A DNA stretch of 63,509 nucleotides, the filler included, from Octopus bimaculoides (Eukaryota): assembly GCF_001194135.2 (NCBI RefSeq). It is 6 parts of 3 records of this genome, joined end to end, with 100 filler letters (N's around TTAATTAATTAA, not from the genome) between each part and the next. Parts side by side here need not be neighbours in the genome. Positions count along the whole stretch, not along the records: positions 1 to 27,377 come from NC_069004.1; 5 more parts are not named here. One strand, given 5' to 3'. Positions 13,543-25,279 of this stretch are shown here, in pieces. The position numbers and the translations under genes are program-made. Within the stretch, counting starts at the first letter, position 1. Each line of letters opens with the position of its first letter. The notes under the pieces are model-generated. The model was not told the origin of the DNA and made no database searches. It worked only from the letters and a program-made list of their open reading frames with translations.

Positions 13543-13880
13543 GGCAGAGGCACGAAGCTTAGTGGTTAGGGTGTTGGACTCATGATCATATGTTTGTGGT
13601 TTCGATTACTTGAGCGGGTGATGCGTGGTGTTACTAGAAGAATAGGCATTCCTTAAGAAAACAATAAGAAGGGGCAGATATGGAAAGGAAGTTTAGAAGA
13701 TAAAAGGAAGACTTTAAGACAAGATTTGAGAAGAATACAAGCCTGGAAATAGGACAAGTTGGGAAACAAGATTTAAATCTTCTGAGCAAAATACTTCATT
13801 TTACGTTGCTCCAGTTCTTTCAACTGACAAAAATGAGTAATTCTGCGACGGACCGGCGTCCCGTCCAGAGAGAAAATATA
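13543..13880 (+). mobile_element. SINE family C (tRNA-like head) interrupted by an insertion of about 150 bp at about 13633-13785
   Basis: Head gcttagtggttagggtgttggactcatgatc...gtttcgat, resuming ctgagcaaaatacttcattttacgttgctccag. Homologous to the - strand copy at 49768-50090. Confidence 0.65.
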
Positions 13881-14104
13881 TACGCCACAAAATCCGGGAT
13901 ACCGGCCTTATAAATCTATAGCTTTATCTTTTTTCATTTCACTACTGTAACAATGGGAATTGACAAAGATGCTCTCGCTGTAGGATCGAACTCAAGACCT
14001 TATCTTTGCAAGGTAAACTTTTCCCTATTTAACTACATAGTGTCTATACATATGGAGATGCGTACACAGCTACTTACATATATTCGCACTTATATGCATG
14101 TATA

Positions 14105-14615
14105 TATCTTTTTGCTTGTTTGAATCATTGCACTGATGTTATGCTGAGGCAACGCCTCGAGTAGTTTAGCCGAGCAAATTGACGCCAGTACTCATTCTAT
14201 CAGTCCCTTTTTGCCAAACTGCTAAGTTGCGATGATTTAAGCAAACCGATACCGGTAGTCATACGGTGGGGTGGAACAAACGCAAACACAGACATATACA
14301 TATATACATTTACATACACATATAAATATACATACACACACACACATATATCTATCTATTTATCTGTCTCCCTGTCTGTCTCCCTGCCTGTCTGTCTGTC
14401 TGTCTGTCTGTATGTATTTATGTATGTATGAATGCATGCATATACACACACAATGGCTCTCCACACAGATTCCGTGTATCAAACTACGAAATTCACTCGC
14501 AAGGCATTGTTTGACCTGAGGCTATAGCAGAAGACACTCGCCCAAGATGCCACGCAGTGGGACTAAACTAAAACCACGTGGTTACAAAAGCGAGCTTTCT
14601 AACCACACAGCTATA
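14105..14615 (-). mobile_element. SINE family A, degraded full-length copy with expanded central microsatellite
   Basis: Tail at about 14105-14280 and head at about 14450-14615, both reverse-complement matches to family A. Confidence 0.65.
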
Positions 14616-14904
14616 CATGCGCCAATAGAATAAGATTATATATAACAAAACGAAAAAAACAAAAAAAAAACTAATTAAAAAAACGCGTAAAACACAAAAC
14701 ATGAGACCACACGTCTGTAAAGTGTTAAGACAGAGGAATGATGTTACTGATTTTTTGTTCATTAATATCAAATATGTTGTTTTTGGTGTTTCTTTTTTTA
14801 TATATTCTTGTATCATTTTTGCGTTGCGTTTCGCAATCTCTTGTCAAAGACTCACTCAAGGAAATAAAACTGTCAAAACAAAAAAAACCTCGTTTAGATT
14901 TCTA

Positions 14905-15333
14905 TGAAGTCGTCGTCGTCGCCGTCGTAGTCGTCGTAGTAGTGGTGGCGGTGGTGGTGGTTGTGGTTATCGTCGTGGTGGTGATAGCAGTGAGGAACGT
15001 AGCGATGGTGGTAGTAGTAGTAGCAGCAGCAGCAGCAGTAGTAGTGGTGGTGGTAGTAGCGATGGTGGTGGTGTAGTAGTCGCGGGGATAGTAGTTTGGT
15101 AGTGGTGGATGTTGGTAGTAGTAGTGGTGGTGATGATAGCAGTAGTGGTGGCGGTGCTAGTGGTGGCGATGGTAGTGGTGGTGGTGGTAGTGGTGGTGGT
15201 GGTAGTGGTGGCGGTGGCGGTAGTAGTGGTGGTTCTAGTTGTGGTGGTAGTGGCTGAGATGGATGGTAGTCGTGGTGATAGTAGTGATAGTGGTGGTGTT
15301 TGTAGTAGTGGTTGTGGTAGTAAAAGGTGTATT

Positions 15334-15379
<46 letters not shown>

Positions 15380-15440
15380 GGTGGTGGTGGTAGTTATGCT
15401 AGAGNNNNNNNNNNGGTGGTGGTGGTGGTGGTGGTGGTTA
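14905..15440. repeat. Long imperfect (GTN)n trinucleotide tract (GTA/GTG/GTC)
   Basis: Directly visible. It explains the poly-Val/Ser/Gly ORFs. Confidence 0.9.
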
Positions 15441-15900
15441 TGCTAGAGCGGAAGATAGAGACGTTGTGGGACATTAATGGGAAGGATTCGTATCGGTATA
15501 TAAGGACGATGTTCTTGAAATAAAGACTCCAAATGAGAATGGCGTGAGTGAGGCTGGAATATCTTGTGAAGGTCTCTCGCCCGGCGGGTGTCACACGGGG
15601 GGAGCAGCGTGGGCCCAGTCGTCATCAAGCAACTGCTAAAAGAATGTGGACGAAAGAAATGAATGTGTCTCTAATGGAGTGCTACTTTCTGGGTAATCTG
15701 AGAAATGATAGAGCGGCAGGGGCCTATTTGAATTAAGTGAACAAAATCTGTGTGGCCAAGCTCGAGCCACCAGAAAGAATATAGGAGCTTCTGCCAGGCT
15801 CGAGGTGATCCAGAGGACAGTATTGTTGGGTACGGCTCGCATTCTATTGAGTGTATTATCTCTGTGAGTCACAGGAGAAGGCAATACTTGAAACCTTTGG
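15440..15900 (+). mobile_element. 5' fragment of an R4/Dong-clade (RLE) non-LTR retrotransposon
   Basis: KRMWTKEMNVSLMECYF followed in another frame by EQNLCGQARATRKN, matching the N-terminal WTxExNxxxMxCYY and EQxLxxQxRxIxKN motifs of this clade. Confidence 0.6.
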
Positions 15901-15939
15901 TGATTTGTCATTGGCTGCTTTCAAATAGAGAATAACCAG

Positions 15940-16125
15940 TAATTAAGAATGGTTTCAAATTTTGGCACAAAGCCAGCAATTTCGGGGTCGGGAGTAAGCC
16001 GCTTACATCGATCCCACTATTCAACTAGTACTTATTTTATCGACCCTGAAGGGATGAAAGGCAAATTCAACCTCAGAGGAATTTGAACTCAGAACTTAAA
16101 GTCAGAAGAAATGCCCTAAGAATTT
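15940..16125 (-). mobile_element. SINE family B (Deu/Nin-like central domain)
   Basis: Reverse complement of gttctgagttcaaatt...gcctttcatcc.ttc.gggtcgataaaataagtac. Confidence 0.7.
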
Positions 16126-16404
16126 TGTCGGGCACAGTAAATAGATAAATAAATAAATAATAATAATAATAATGATGATAACAACAACAACAACAGCAAT
16201 AACAATCATAATAATAATAATAATAATAATGATAATAATAATAATAATAATAATGATGATGATGATGATGATGAAGATGAGAATGAATGCCCCGAGAACA
16301 AAAACGGCAGAGAACATCTTCATGAAGATAAATCTTATCAGAGGGAAGAGGGCTTCTTTAAGCCTTGGTTGTTACTCCTGCTGCTGCTACTACTATTGCT
16401 AGTT

Positions 16405-16455
<51 letters not shown>

Positions 16456-16804
16456 ATGATGGTGGTGGTGAGTATTTGCCGATATGAATTTTTAGCTCCA
16501 GGCTAGCTTTGATCTAGTAATTTCTATATTCAAAATGTATTCTTACCGTGACCATCTCTTCAGTTTTGTTAGATTTTTTTACACGCAGCATATCTAAAAG
16601 TCATATTATCCAGCATTTTTGTTACTAATAACCTTTCAGCGTGTCATTTGAAGGAGATTTGGCTGCTACCTTTAACAAGACAAATCGACCATGCACAGAC
16701 GTTTCTGCGATGTCTTGCAAGATGTTGTTGGGAAACTACAAAAAACATTGAAAACCAATAAACGTCAACATCTTTTACAGCAACAACAACAACATAATCT
16801 TCGT

Positions 16805-16835
<31 letters not shown>

Positions 16836-17305
16836 TACAATAACAGCCTTATCTACAACGCGTTGCTAATCCAATAAAAATATTTGAAAAAAAAAAAAAT
16901 CCTCAGAAAATGAGACACAGAATCAAGTAAAATTAGAAGAATAAATTTGTCAGCAAAAGCAAAAGACGTTATTGTTTTGATGTTTAAATTTTAAACAGAT
17001 GTTCAGATATGTAAAAATTCTCACTGCCACTGGTTAGGTGTGTGTGTGGTGTGGTGGGTGTGCGTGTGGTTAGGTGTGTGTATACATATATTTGTACTTT
17101 GTATATGAATATGTGTATGGTGTGTTCGCATGTGCGTGTATATATATATTTATATATATCAATAATTAATAATATCAGGGTAATAAGAAATATTGGAAAT
17201 TTCTACTACCTGTGGCCTAGTGTGTAAAAAAAATTTAGTCAATAAACTATATATTATTCATATAAATACAGTGTACATTTAAATACATAATTTTTCAAAA
17301 CTACC

Positions 17306-17381
17306 GCGCAGCTGAATTACAATGTATAAGCACGGGGCATATGCTGGATTCCTCGTGCTTATATGTTTAATCTAGGTGTAC
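17306..17381 (+). ncRNA. Candidate pri-/pre-miRNA-like hairpin
   Basis: 21-bp upper stem (17316-17337 with 17351-17371; one bulge, three G-U pairs), 13-nt loop and an imperfect basal stem. No known mature sequence recognised. Confidence 0.3.
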
Positions 17382-18384
17382 CTTCTGACGAAGATTTCGC
17401 CTGACAAATTATTGTATTTGCTAAAAAAAAAAAGCTGAAACCATGGTTCAGGAGATAGATGGTAAATGTTTTTATTTTTCATTCCCTACGAAATTTATCC
17501 TTAATAGTGGTTTGGATTTAGCTGTTCCTTCTAGCGTGCAAGGAATCCTATGATGGATACCTCTTATGTGTTTAAATGTACNNNNNNNNNNNNNNNNNNN
17601 NNNNNNNNNNNNNNNNNNNNNNNNNNNNNNNNNNNNNNNNNNNNNNNNNNNNNNNNNNNNNNNNNNNNNNNNNNNNNNNNNNNNNNNNNNNNNNNNNNNN
17701 NNNNNNNNNNNNNNNNNNNNNNNNNNNNNNNNNNNNNNNNNNNNNNNNNNNNNNNNNNNNNNNNNNNNNNNNNNNNNNNNNNNNNNNNNNNNNNNNNNNN
17801 NNNNNNNNNNNNNNNNNNNNNNNNNNNNNNNNNNNNNNNNNNNNNNNNNNNNNNNNNNNNNNNNNNNNNNNNNNNNNNNNNNNNNNNNNNNNNNNNNNNN
17901 NNNNNNNNNNNNNNNNNNNNNNNNNNNNNNNNNNNNNNNNNNNNNNNNNNNNNNNNNNNNNNNNNNNNNNNNNNNNNNNNNNNNNNNNNNNNNNNNNNNN
18001 NNNNNNNNNNNNNNNNNNNNNNNNNNNNNNNNNNNNNNNNNNNNNNNNNNNNNNNNNNNNNNNNNNNNNNNNNNNNNNNNNNNNNNNNNNNNNNNNNNNN
18101 NNNNNNNNNNNNNNNNNNNNNNNNNNNNNNNNNNNNNNNNNNNNNNNNNNNNNNNNNNNNNNNNNNNNNNNNNNNNNNNNNNNNNNNNNNNNNNNNNNNN
18201 NNNNNNNNNNNNNNNNNNNNNNNNNNNNNNNNNNNNNNNNNNNNNNNNNNNNNNNNNNNNNNNNNNNNNNNNNNNNNNNNNNNNNNNNNNNNNNNNNNNN
18301 NNNNNNNNNNNNNNNNNNNNNNNNNNNNNNNNNNNNNNNNNNNNNNNGCGGAAGTGGGCGGGTGGGGGTGGGGGTGGAGAAGGC

Positions 18385-18550
18385 CAAACGCTTACATCTA
18401 ACCCAGTGCTCAACTGATGCCTATTTTATCGATCTCGAAAGGATAAAAGGGGAAGTCGACTTTGGCGGAATCCGAACTTAGAACATAGTAAAAAAAATGC
18501 CGGTAATATTTTGTCCGACGCAATAATGATTCTATCAGATGGCCACCTTG
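18385..18550 (-). mobile_element. SINE family B
   Basis: ttttatcgatctcgaaaggataaaaggggaagtcgactttggcggaatccgaact is the reverse complement of the family B core. Confidence 0.7.
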
Positions 18551-18679
18551 ATCTCTCCGTGCCGTTTTAAGGCCAAATTGAACAATTGAAAATTCTGGAC
18601 TACAACGTCTTAGTGTGTAACCTCTGTGAAATCTATGATATCGGTTTTTCAAATGTTCATAATATTTGAGTGAAAATCG

Positions 18680-18890
18680 GTGTTATAATGCCGGATGGCT
18701 TCAAATATTCCAGAAACAGCATGGATTTTCCTACAATGAAATGTGGAGAAAAGCTGTCTGCAAAGCATGAAGAGGTTGCTGAGATTGTGGATAAATATGT
18801 CAAGCTTGTCACTGAGAAGCACTTTTTCCCTGAGGTGGTGTGTATAATGCAAAAGAAACTGCATTCTATCAAAGATGAAATGATCAACTA
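18680..18890 (+). mobile_element. pogo/Tigger-like transposase fragment (CENP-B-type HTH into the DDE start)
   Basis: NAGWLQIFQKQHG, then after a frameshift KCGEKLSAKHEEVAEIVDKYVKLVTEKHFFPEVV. Compare GWLxxFKxRHG...GExxSAD...PEQ. Confidence 0.7.
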
Positions 18891-19134
18891 TAAAACTGGA
18901 CAGTAATTCTGACAGCTTAAACCAAGAATATCTTTTAAACCCTAATTATTTTCCGTCTGTACAAAATTCTCGCTTCCTAAAAATTAGTTTATCTTAATTG
19001 TTTTATTTGCCTCTGGTTACATCATGCTGATAATTTCTAATAAGAACGAAACGGTGCTACACATGATTAACTATGACTAGAAATTTTAAGATCTTTGCAA
19101 AGAATAAGCAAATAAATAAAAATTGAATATATAT

Positions 19135-19221
19135 TTGTTTCCTAACTACATGGTTCCAGGTTCAGTTCCACTGCATGCCACCTTGTACAGGGTGTCTTCT
19201 AAATGAATGTGGTAGACAGCC

Positions 19222-19252
<31 letters not shown>

Positions 19253-19475
19253 TGTATGTATGTATGCATGTGTGTGTGCATGGTTGATCCACACTGCTTG
19301 ACAACGGGTGTTGGCTTATTTACGTCCCTGTAACCTAGCGGTTAGGCAATGTAGACCGATAGAATAAATACCAATCTTAAAAAACAAGTACTAACGACAA
19401 TTTGTTCGACTAAAACCTTTCAATGTGGTGCTTCTGTATGGCCGGTGTCCAATGACTGAAACAAGTGAAAATAAA
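19135..19475 (+). mobile_element. SINE family A, degraded
   Basis: catggttccaggttcagttccactg... (TATG)n ...cttagcgg-like body, gtagaccgatagaataa, atgactgaaacaagt. Confidence 0.65.
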
Positions 19476-19819
19476 AGAAAGAAAAAACAACACACACACA
19501 CACACATTTATACGCACACCAGAAGTTCAAACACCGCGCTCACCCACATAAAGAAAACGAAGAAAAATAAAATAAAGAATGAACGTTTATAAAAAGTAAA
19601 TAAATACAGAAATGAAACATTGCGAAATATATTTATTTAACACTTGAGAAATAATTTTTTTCTTTTCTTTGAAAATAATATTATTTTCAAGTAAATGTTG
19701 TGCAATTTCTATTTTAGATTAGGCTTAGATACATGATATTTAGAAAAAAATTGATTGAATATATTTTTATATTACTGTCTTCTAAATTTCGTTCTTGAAT
19801 TTCTTTAGCGGTCGAAATT

Positions 19820-20200
19820 GGGCTTCTACCAAGGATTAGGACATGTGGAGTAACGTTACCTGAAAAGGTGCGTAGCTCGGAGATCAGGGAGTCTCTCCAG
19901 GTTCAGTAGCTACATCTCTGCAGTGGAAAGGTACACAACTCTGGTACTACGGACGTACTTAGAATGACATAGGAAGGAATCACTACACAGGTTTTTCAAG
20001 CTGAGCCAACCAACAGGTGACCTCGGGTAGGCCAAGAATGAAATGGTTAAGAATCCAGGTGGAAAAATCTTATGACACTCGCTTCTGATATGACCCTATA
20101 AAAGAGGTACCTGGGGACCTTATTCCCATGACCTACCCCCATGGGACGGAGAAGATGGATTGAGGAAATTATCTGAGGTACTGCGATGGAACTGATGTCA
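19820..20200 (+). mobile_element. RTE-clade LINE ORF2 C-terminal relic
   Basis: Broken frames give GVTLPEKVRSSEIRESL...TRM...RxGRPRMKW, the typical RTE C-terminus. Confidence 0.65.
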
Positions 20201-20319
20201 CTATACTTTGGGAAGGTCATCTTGTCAGTAAAGACAGGCACCGGTTATAGCACAGTTCAGTCGTGGTGTCATGGTTTAACACCGAGTTTCAAGCAAGATG
20301 CTAATCTTCAGCCATTTTG

Positions 20320-20458
20320 AATCTGAATTCAGTCCCACTGCGTGGCATCTTGGCTAAGTGTCTTCTACTATAGCCTCGGGCCGACCAAAGCCTGCTGAGT
20401 GGATTTGGTAGGCGGAAACTGAAAGAAGCCCGACGTATATATATATATATATATATAT
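20320..20458 (+). mobile_element. SINE family A head running into (TA)n and a gap
   Basis: ttcagtcccactgcgtggcatcttggctaagtgtcttctactatagcctcgggccgaccaaagc. Confidence 0.75.
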
Positions 20459-20508
20459 NNNNNNNNNNNNNNNNNNNNNNNNNNNNNNNNNNNNNNNNNN
20501 NNNNNNNN

Positions 20509-22453
20509 AGGGGGAGAATTCACAAAGGAAAAGCAAAAAAGAATGTATAGTGGCTAGCGATGTATCAAGGTGAGTGCTGGACAGAAGGGTCATATAGGAG
20601 AGCTAGGAAGAAGGGGAGAGAATAAAGTACTAGTGATCCCAAAACGAAGGTGTGCGTGCGTGTGCGTAAGGGAGTTCGTATGTGCGTTTGAGCGTGTGAA
20701 AGAGGGCTGGTGATCTTGATGTGTGCGTGTGTGTGCGTGTAGGTGTGAAAATGGGAATTGGTCAGTGCTGGTGTGTGCGTGGTGGTGTGTTGTGATGTGA
20801 TATGTTGCGTGGTATGGTGTAGTGGTGTGTGGTGTGGTGTGATGGTGTTGGGAGGTGGAGGAGGCGAGAGTATGGAAAGCAAGTGTGGGGTGTGGGTTAG
20901 GCTGAGATAGGGGTAGAGGTGGGGTATGTGGGGTATGTGGGAGTGGGTGTGAGGGATGTGTGGGATGAGATGGGAAGGATAGGGAAGGTGGGGTCGTAAT
21001 GTGTAGTGGTGCGGTGGGCTTACGAGGAAGGGTTGACAGTGAAGGGGAAGGAGAAGGTGGGTAGGAGAGAAAAGAGAGAAGAGAGAAAGAGAGTAGGAAT
21101 GAAGAGAAGTATGAGTCGGAGCAAGAGAGGAGAGATGGGTGGGAGGAAGTAGGTGTGAAGGGGAGAGAGGCAAGGGGAGAAGGTTAGATTAAGAGGGGAG
21201 GAGAGTTGAGCCCATGTGGAGCAAAGGAGCGAAGAGAGAAGACTAATCCCTGTTCACGACGCAAACGGGAGTCCCGATGGCCCCCGTACAAGGACAATCC
21301 GAACACGGACAGGTGTTGCAAAGAGTGACCGGTAGAGCGGAAATGGCGTGAAACCGGGTTGTCATTGCNNNNNNNNNNNNNNNNNNNNNNNNNNNNNNNN
21401 NNNNNNNNNNNNNNNNNNNNNNNNNNNNNNNNNNNNNNNNNNNNNNNNNNNNNNNNNNNNNNNNNNNNNNNNNNNNNNNNNNNNNNNNNNNNNNNNNNNN
21501 NNNNNNNNNNNNNNNNNNNNNNNNNNNNNNNNNNNNNNNNNNNNNNNNNNNNNNNNNNNNNNNNNNNNNNNNNNNNNNNNNNNNNNNNNNNNNNNNNNNN
21601 NNNNNNNNNNNNNNNNNNNNNNNNNNNNNNNNNNNNNNNNNNNNNNNNNNNNNNNNNNNNNNNNNNNNNNNNNNNNNNNNNNNNNNNNNNNNNNNNNNNN
21701 NNNNNNNNNNNNNNNNNNNNNNNNNNNNNNNNNNNNNNNNNNNNNNNNNNNNNNNNNNNNNNNNNNNNNNNNNNNNNNNNNNNNNNNNNNNNNNNNNNNN
21801 NNNNNNNNNNNNNNNNNNNNNNNNNNNNNNNNNNNNNNNNNNNNNNNNNNNNNNNNNNNNNNNNNNNNNNNNNNNNNNNNNNNNNNNNNNNNNNNNNNNN
21901 NNNNNNNNNNNNNNNNNNNNNNNNNNNNNNNNNNNNNNNNNNNNNNNNNNNNNNCCACGGAACGTGCTCTAGCAAGGGTGGTGTGGATAGTGGTGAGGGG
22001 ATATCCACGTAGGATGAAGTGGCGAGCCATGAGTTGAGACTGAGTCTCAAAGTCATGGTCTTCACTACAGAGCCTGCGTAGACGGAGGAATTGGGAATAG
22101 GGGATGGAGAGCTTGGTGTGTTTAGGGTGGGAGGAGTAGAAGTTGAGGTATGAGTGTGAGTCTGTGTGTTTGTAGTGAATGGAGGTGGTGAGAGTGGAGT
22201 GATGAATGCTGACCGAAATGTCAAGGAAGGAAACAGAGGTGTCAGAGATAGTGCAGGAGAAGTGGAGGGCAGGATATTGTCGAAAACGAGATTTCGCTGA
22301 AAAGCGTATGTTGATTTGGCTTTGTATAGTTTGGTCTTGGTGTCTTTGTGTCTTGAGAAGCCATTTGAAACGTATCACTCCCCCCCCCCCCCCGCTGGTA
22401 TTTCTAATGCACAGCGGATCGTTTCGGTACGCTTCCAGGATGAGAATGGTCAT
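20509..22453 (-). mobile_element. Penelope-like element: RT C-terminal/thumb region, a gap, the GIY-YIG C-terminus and a purine/GT-rich 3' region
   Basis: LHFSCTISDTSVSFLD...HYKHTDSHSYLNFYSSHPKHTKLSIPYSQFLRLRRLCS is the diagnostic PLE thumb. Beyond the gap: PVSRHFRSTGHSLQHL...RLRREQ...APHGLN. Confidence 0.9.
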
Positions 22454-22631
22454 CGTGGCAACAGACTGAACCTAGGTATGCAATAGCGTAGTTTCTGCCT
22501 CTCTTAATCAACCATGTTAATCAAAGACCATAGTTGATTGTTGCACTCTTAAATTTATCTGTAACCCCATGGATATTCCACGGTTTTAATAGAAAAACAG
22601 CCACCAAGTATTAAAGATCAATAAAACATCT

Positions 22632-22672
<41 letters not shown>

Positions 22673-23710
22673 NNNNNNNNNNNNNNNNNNNNNNNNNNNN
22701 NNNNNNNNNNNNNNNNNNNNNNNNNNNNNNNNNNNNNNNNNNNNNNNNNNNNNNNNNNNNNNNNNNNNNNNNNNNNNNNNNNNNNNNNNNNNNNNNNNNN
22801 NNNNNNNNNNNNNNNNNNNNNNNNNNNNNNNNNNNNNNNNNNNNNNNNNNNNNNNNNNNNNNNNNNNNNNNNNNNNNNNNNNNNNNNNNNNNNNNNNNNN
22901 NNNNNNNNNNNNNNNNNNNNNNNNNNNNNNNNNNNNNNNNNNNNNNNNNNNNNNNNNNNNNNNNNNNNNNNNNNNNNNNNNNNNNNNNNNNNNNNNNNNN
23001 NNNNNNNNNNNNNNNNNNNNNNNNNNNNNNNNNNNNNNNNNNNNNNNNNNNNNNNNNNNNNNNNNNNNNNNNNNNNNNNNNNNNNNNNNNNNNNNNNNNN
23101 NNNNNNNNNNNNNNNNNNNNNNNNNNNNNNNNNNNNNNNNNNNNNNNNNNNNNNNNNNNNNNNNNNNNNNNNNNNNNNNNNNNNNNNNNNNNNNNNNNNN
23201 NNNNNNNNNNNNNNNNNNNNNNNNNNNNNNNNNNNNNNNNNNNNNNNNNNNNNNNNNNNNNNNNNNNNNNNNNNNNNNNNNNNNNNNNNNNNNNNNNNNN
23301 NNNNNNNNNNNNNNNNNNNNNNNNNNNNNNNNNNNNNNNNNNNNNNNNNNNNNNNNNNNNNNNNNNNNNNNNNNNNNNNNNNNNNNNNNNNNNNNNNNNN
23401 NNNNNNNNNNNNNNNNNNNNNNNNNNNNNNNNNNNNNNNNAGGGAATATTTTAATCATTCCTAAGCTGAGAATAAACATTATTTTTCATTAAAGCCTATC
23501 ATATTTTAATTCCCTCCCATACGAACGCTAATGGCGTGCGCACATATGTATATACATCCCTCACTCTTTCTCACATTCATACAGATATACACGGCTGATT
23601 GCCGTCTGTGTGTGTGTGTGAGCGCGCCAAAAGTGTTCGTATGTGTGTGAGTGTATGTGTGCACATTATAGTAAAGTTCATTTGAACCTCTTCCTCCCCC
23701 CTCTCTCCTT

Positions 23711-23752
<42 letters not shown>

Positions 23753-24267
23753 TTACCATCTCACTTCCACGGAATGACATTCATCACACAACAGAAATTT
23801 TGATAGTGCATGCAACCTCCTCCTCTCAACAAAGCAAAGTTTTACGGTGGCAAACACCTTCAAGTAACGAAAATAGTATAGAACGTTGCGGTATTTCTTT
23901 TGCACCTGTCTAATAGTGATGAAGACCTTAACTTTGGTACGTCTTTCAGATCGAACACGGCTGCTATCTATAACGGTAAGCAGGATGTTGAGTGTGACTT
24001 AGGTGAGCATCTTATCAGTTGAAGATAGGAGAGATACTCCACGATAGTTTTGTCTGTCAACCACACCACATTCAATACACACACATGCATATATACGCAT
24101 ATTCATTTATATGGCACACACATATACATATTTGTATGTGAGTGTGTTTTTATATAATGATTTATTTGATAGTTTTCTAGGTTAAGACATGAGCAAAACG
24201 GGAGAGGAAATCAATAAAAACGACGAACATGATTACAAAGTCAATGTAATTACGCTATGCAGGAGAG

Positions 24268-24540
24268 AAAGATATCGACGTTTCGGACAACTTCATTTTG
24301 CCAATAGAAGGAAGAAGAGAGAAAAAATGTAATGTGTGATTTGCGTTTCGGAGAGTTGTCCTTTATCAAGATAGAAAGGAGAAGGACGAAGGGGAAGAAA
24401 AGATGTATGAGTGATTTACGTTTTGGAGAGCTGTACTTTATCAAGATAGAAGGAAGAAGAGGAAGAAAAGATGTATGAGTGATTTACGTTTTGGAGAGCT
24501 GTCCTTTATCATGATAGAAGGAAGAAATGAAAGAAAAAAA
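24268..24540 (-). repeat. Minisatellite, 3 full units of about 70 bp plus 1 diverged unit, each containing a degenerate hammerhead-like core on the - strand
   Basis: Units start at about 24332, 24403 and 24471. The minus strand reads TTGATAA-aGGA-caactc-TCC-GAAACG in unit 1. Confidence 0.7.
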
Positions 24541-25004
24541 TTTATGTGCGATTTAGAGATGAAAGATGCAGGAATTGGACACGGGAGGTGAGTAGAGCAG
24601 AGTTAATTGATTCTAGAGAAGAATAAATAATGGCAAGGTAAGTAAGCGTTAGAGAAGTAATGTACGTGAGAAAGTGTTTATGGATTTGAGTGTGTGTGAG
24701 ATGGAAAGGGTAGAGATTCAAGCGTGGGAGAAAATCGCGTGCGCGCGTGTATGTGCGCACGAGTGGATTTCAATAAAAAGAGGGGTAACTTAAGTGCATT
24801 TGTAGGTGTTTACCAGAGCTTGTGCATATGAATGGGGTGAGAGGAAAACAAATCGGTTATTAATTTGAGATGGAGTGCTCTACTGGAAAAGAAGATTTAA
24901 CTGTTGCACCCGTGCCAAAGTCACACACACGCGCATATCTATACACACACACACACATATATATGCATACATATATATCTATATATAATTTTACGCATTT
25001 ACAT

Positions 25005-25082
<78 letters not shown>

Positions 25083-25209
25083 GTATACACAATTCTCTCT
25101 TTCTCCACTTTCTCCCTCTCTCATTATATATATGCAAATATGCATGCTTATATAAAAACAAATACATATTTATATATGCATACATGTATATAAGTAGATA
25201 TCTTTTTAC

Positions 25210-25279
<70 letters not shown>

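Noticed and set aside
13970-14045. tRNA-Ala-like sequence on the - strand (cttgcaa loop, gagttcgatcc B box)
   Set aside because: The acceptor and D stems do not pair. At most it is a decayed SINE head, not a tRNA gene.
17385-17410. CTGACGA...GACAA hammerhead-like motif
   Set aside because: GAAA is not intact and no stems I or III could be formed.
24268-24540. Possible CRISPR-like array
   Set aside because: The units are homologous over their whole length with no unique spacers, the context is eukaryotic, and there are no cas genes.
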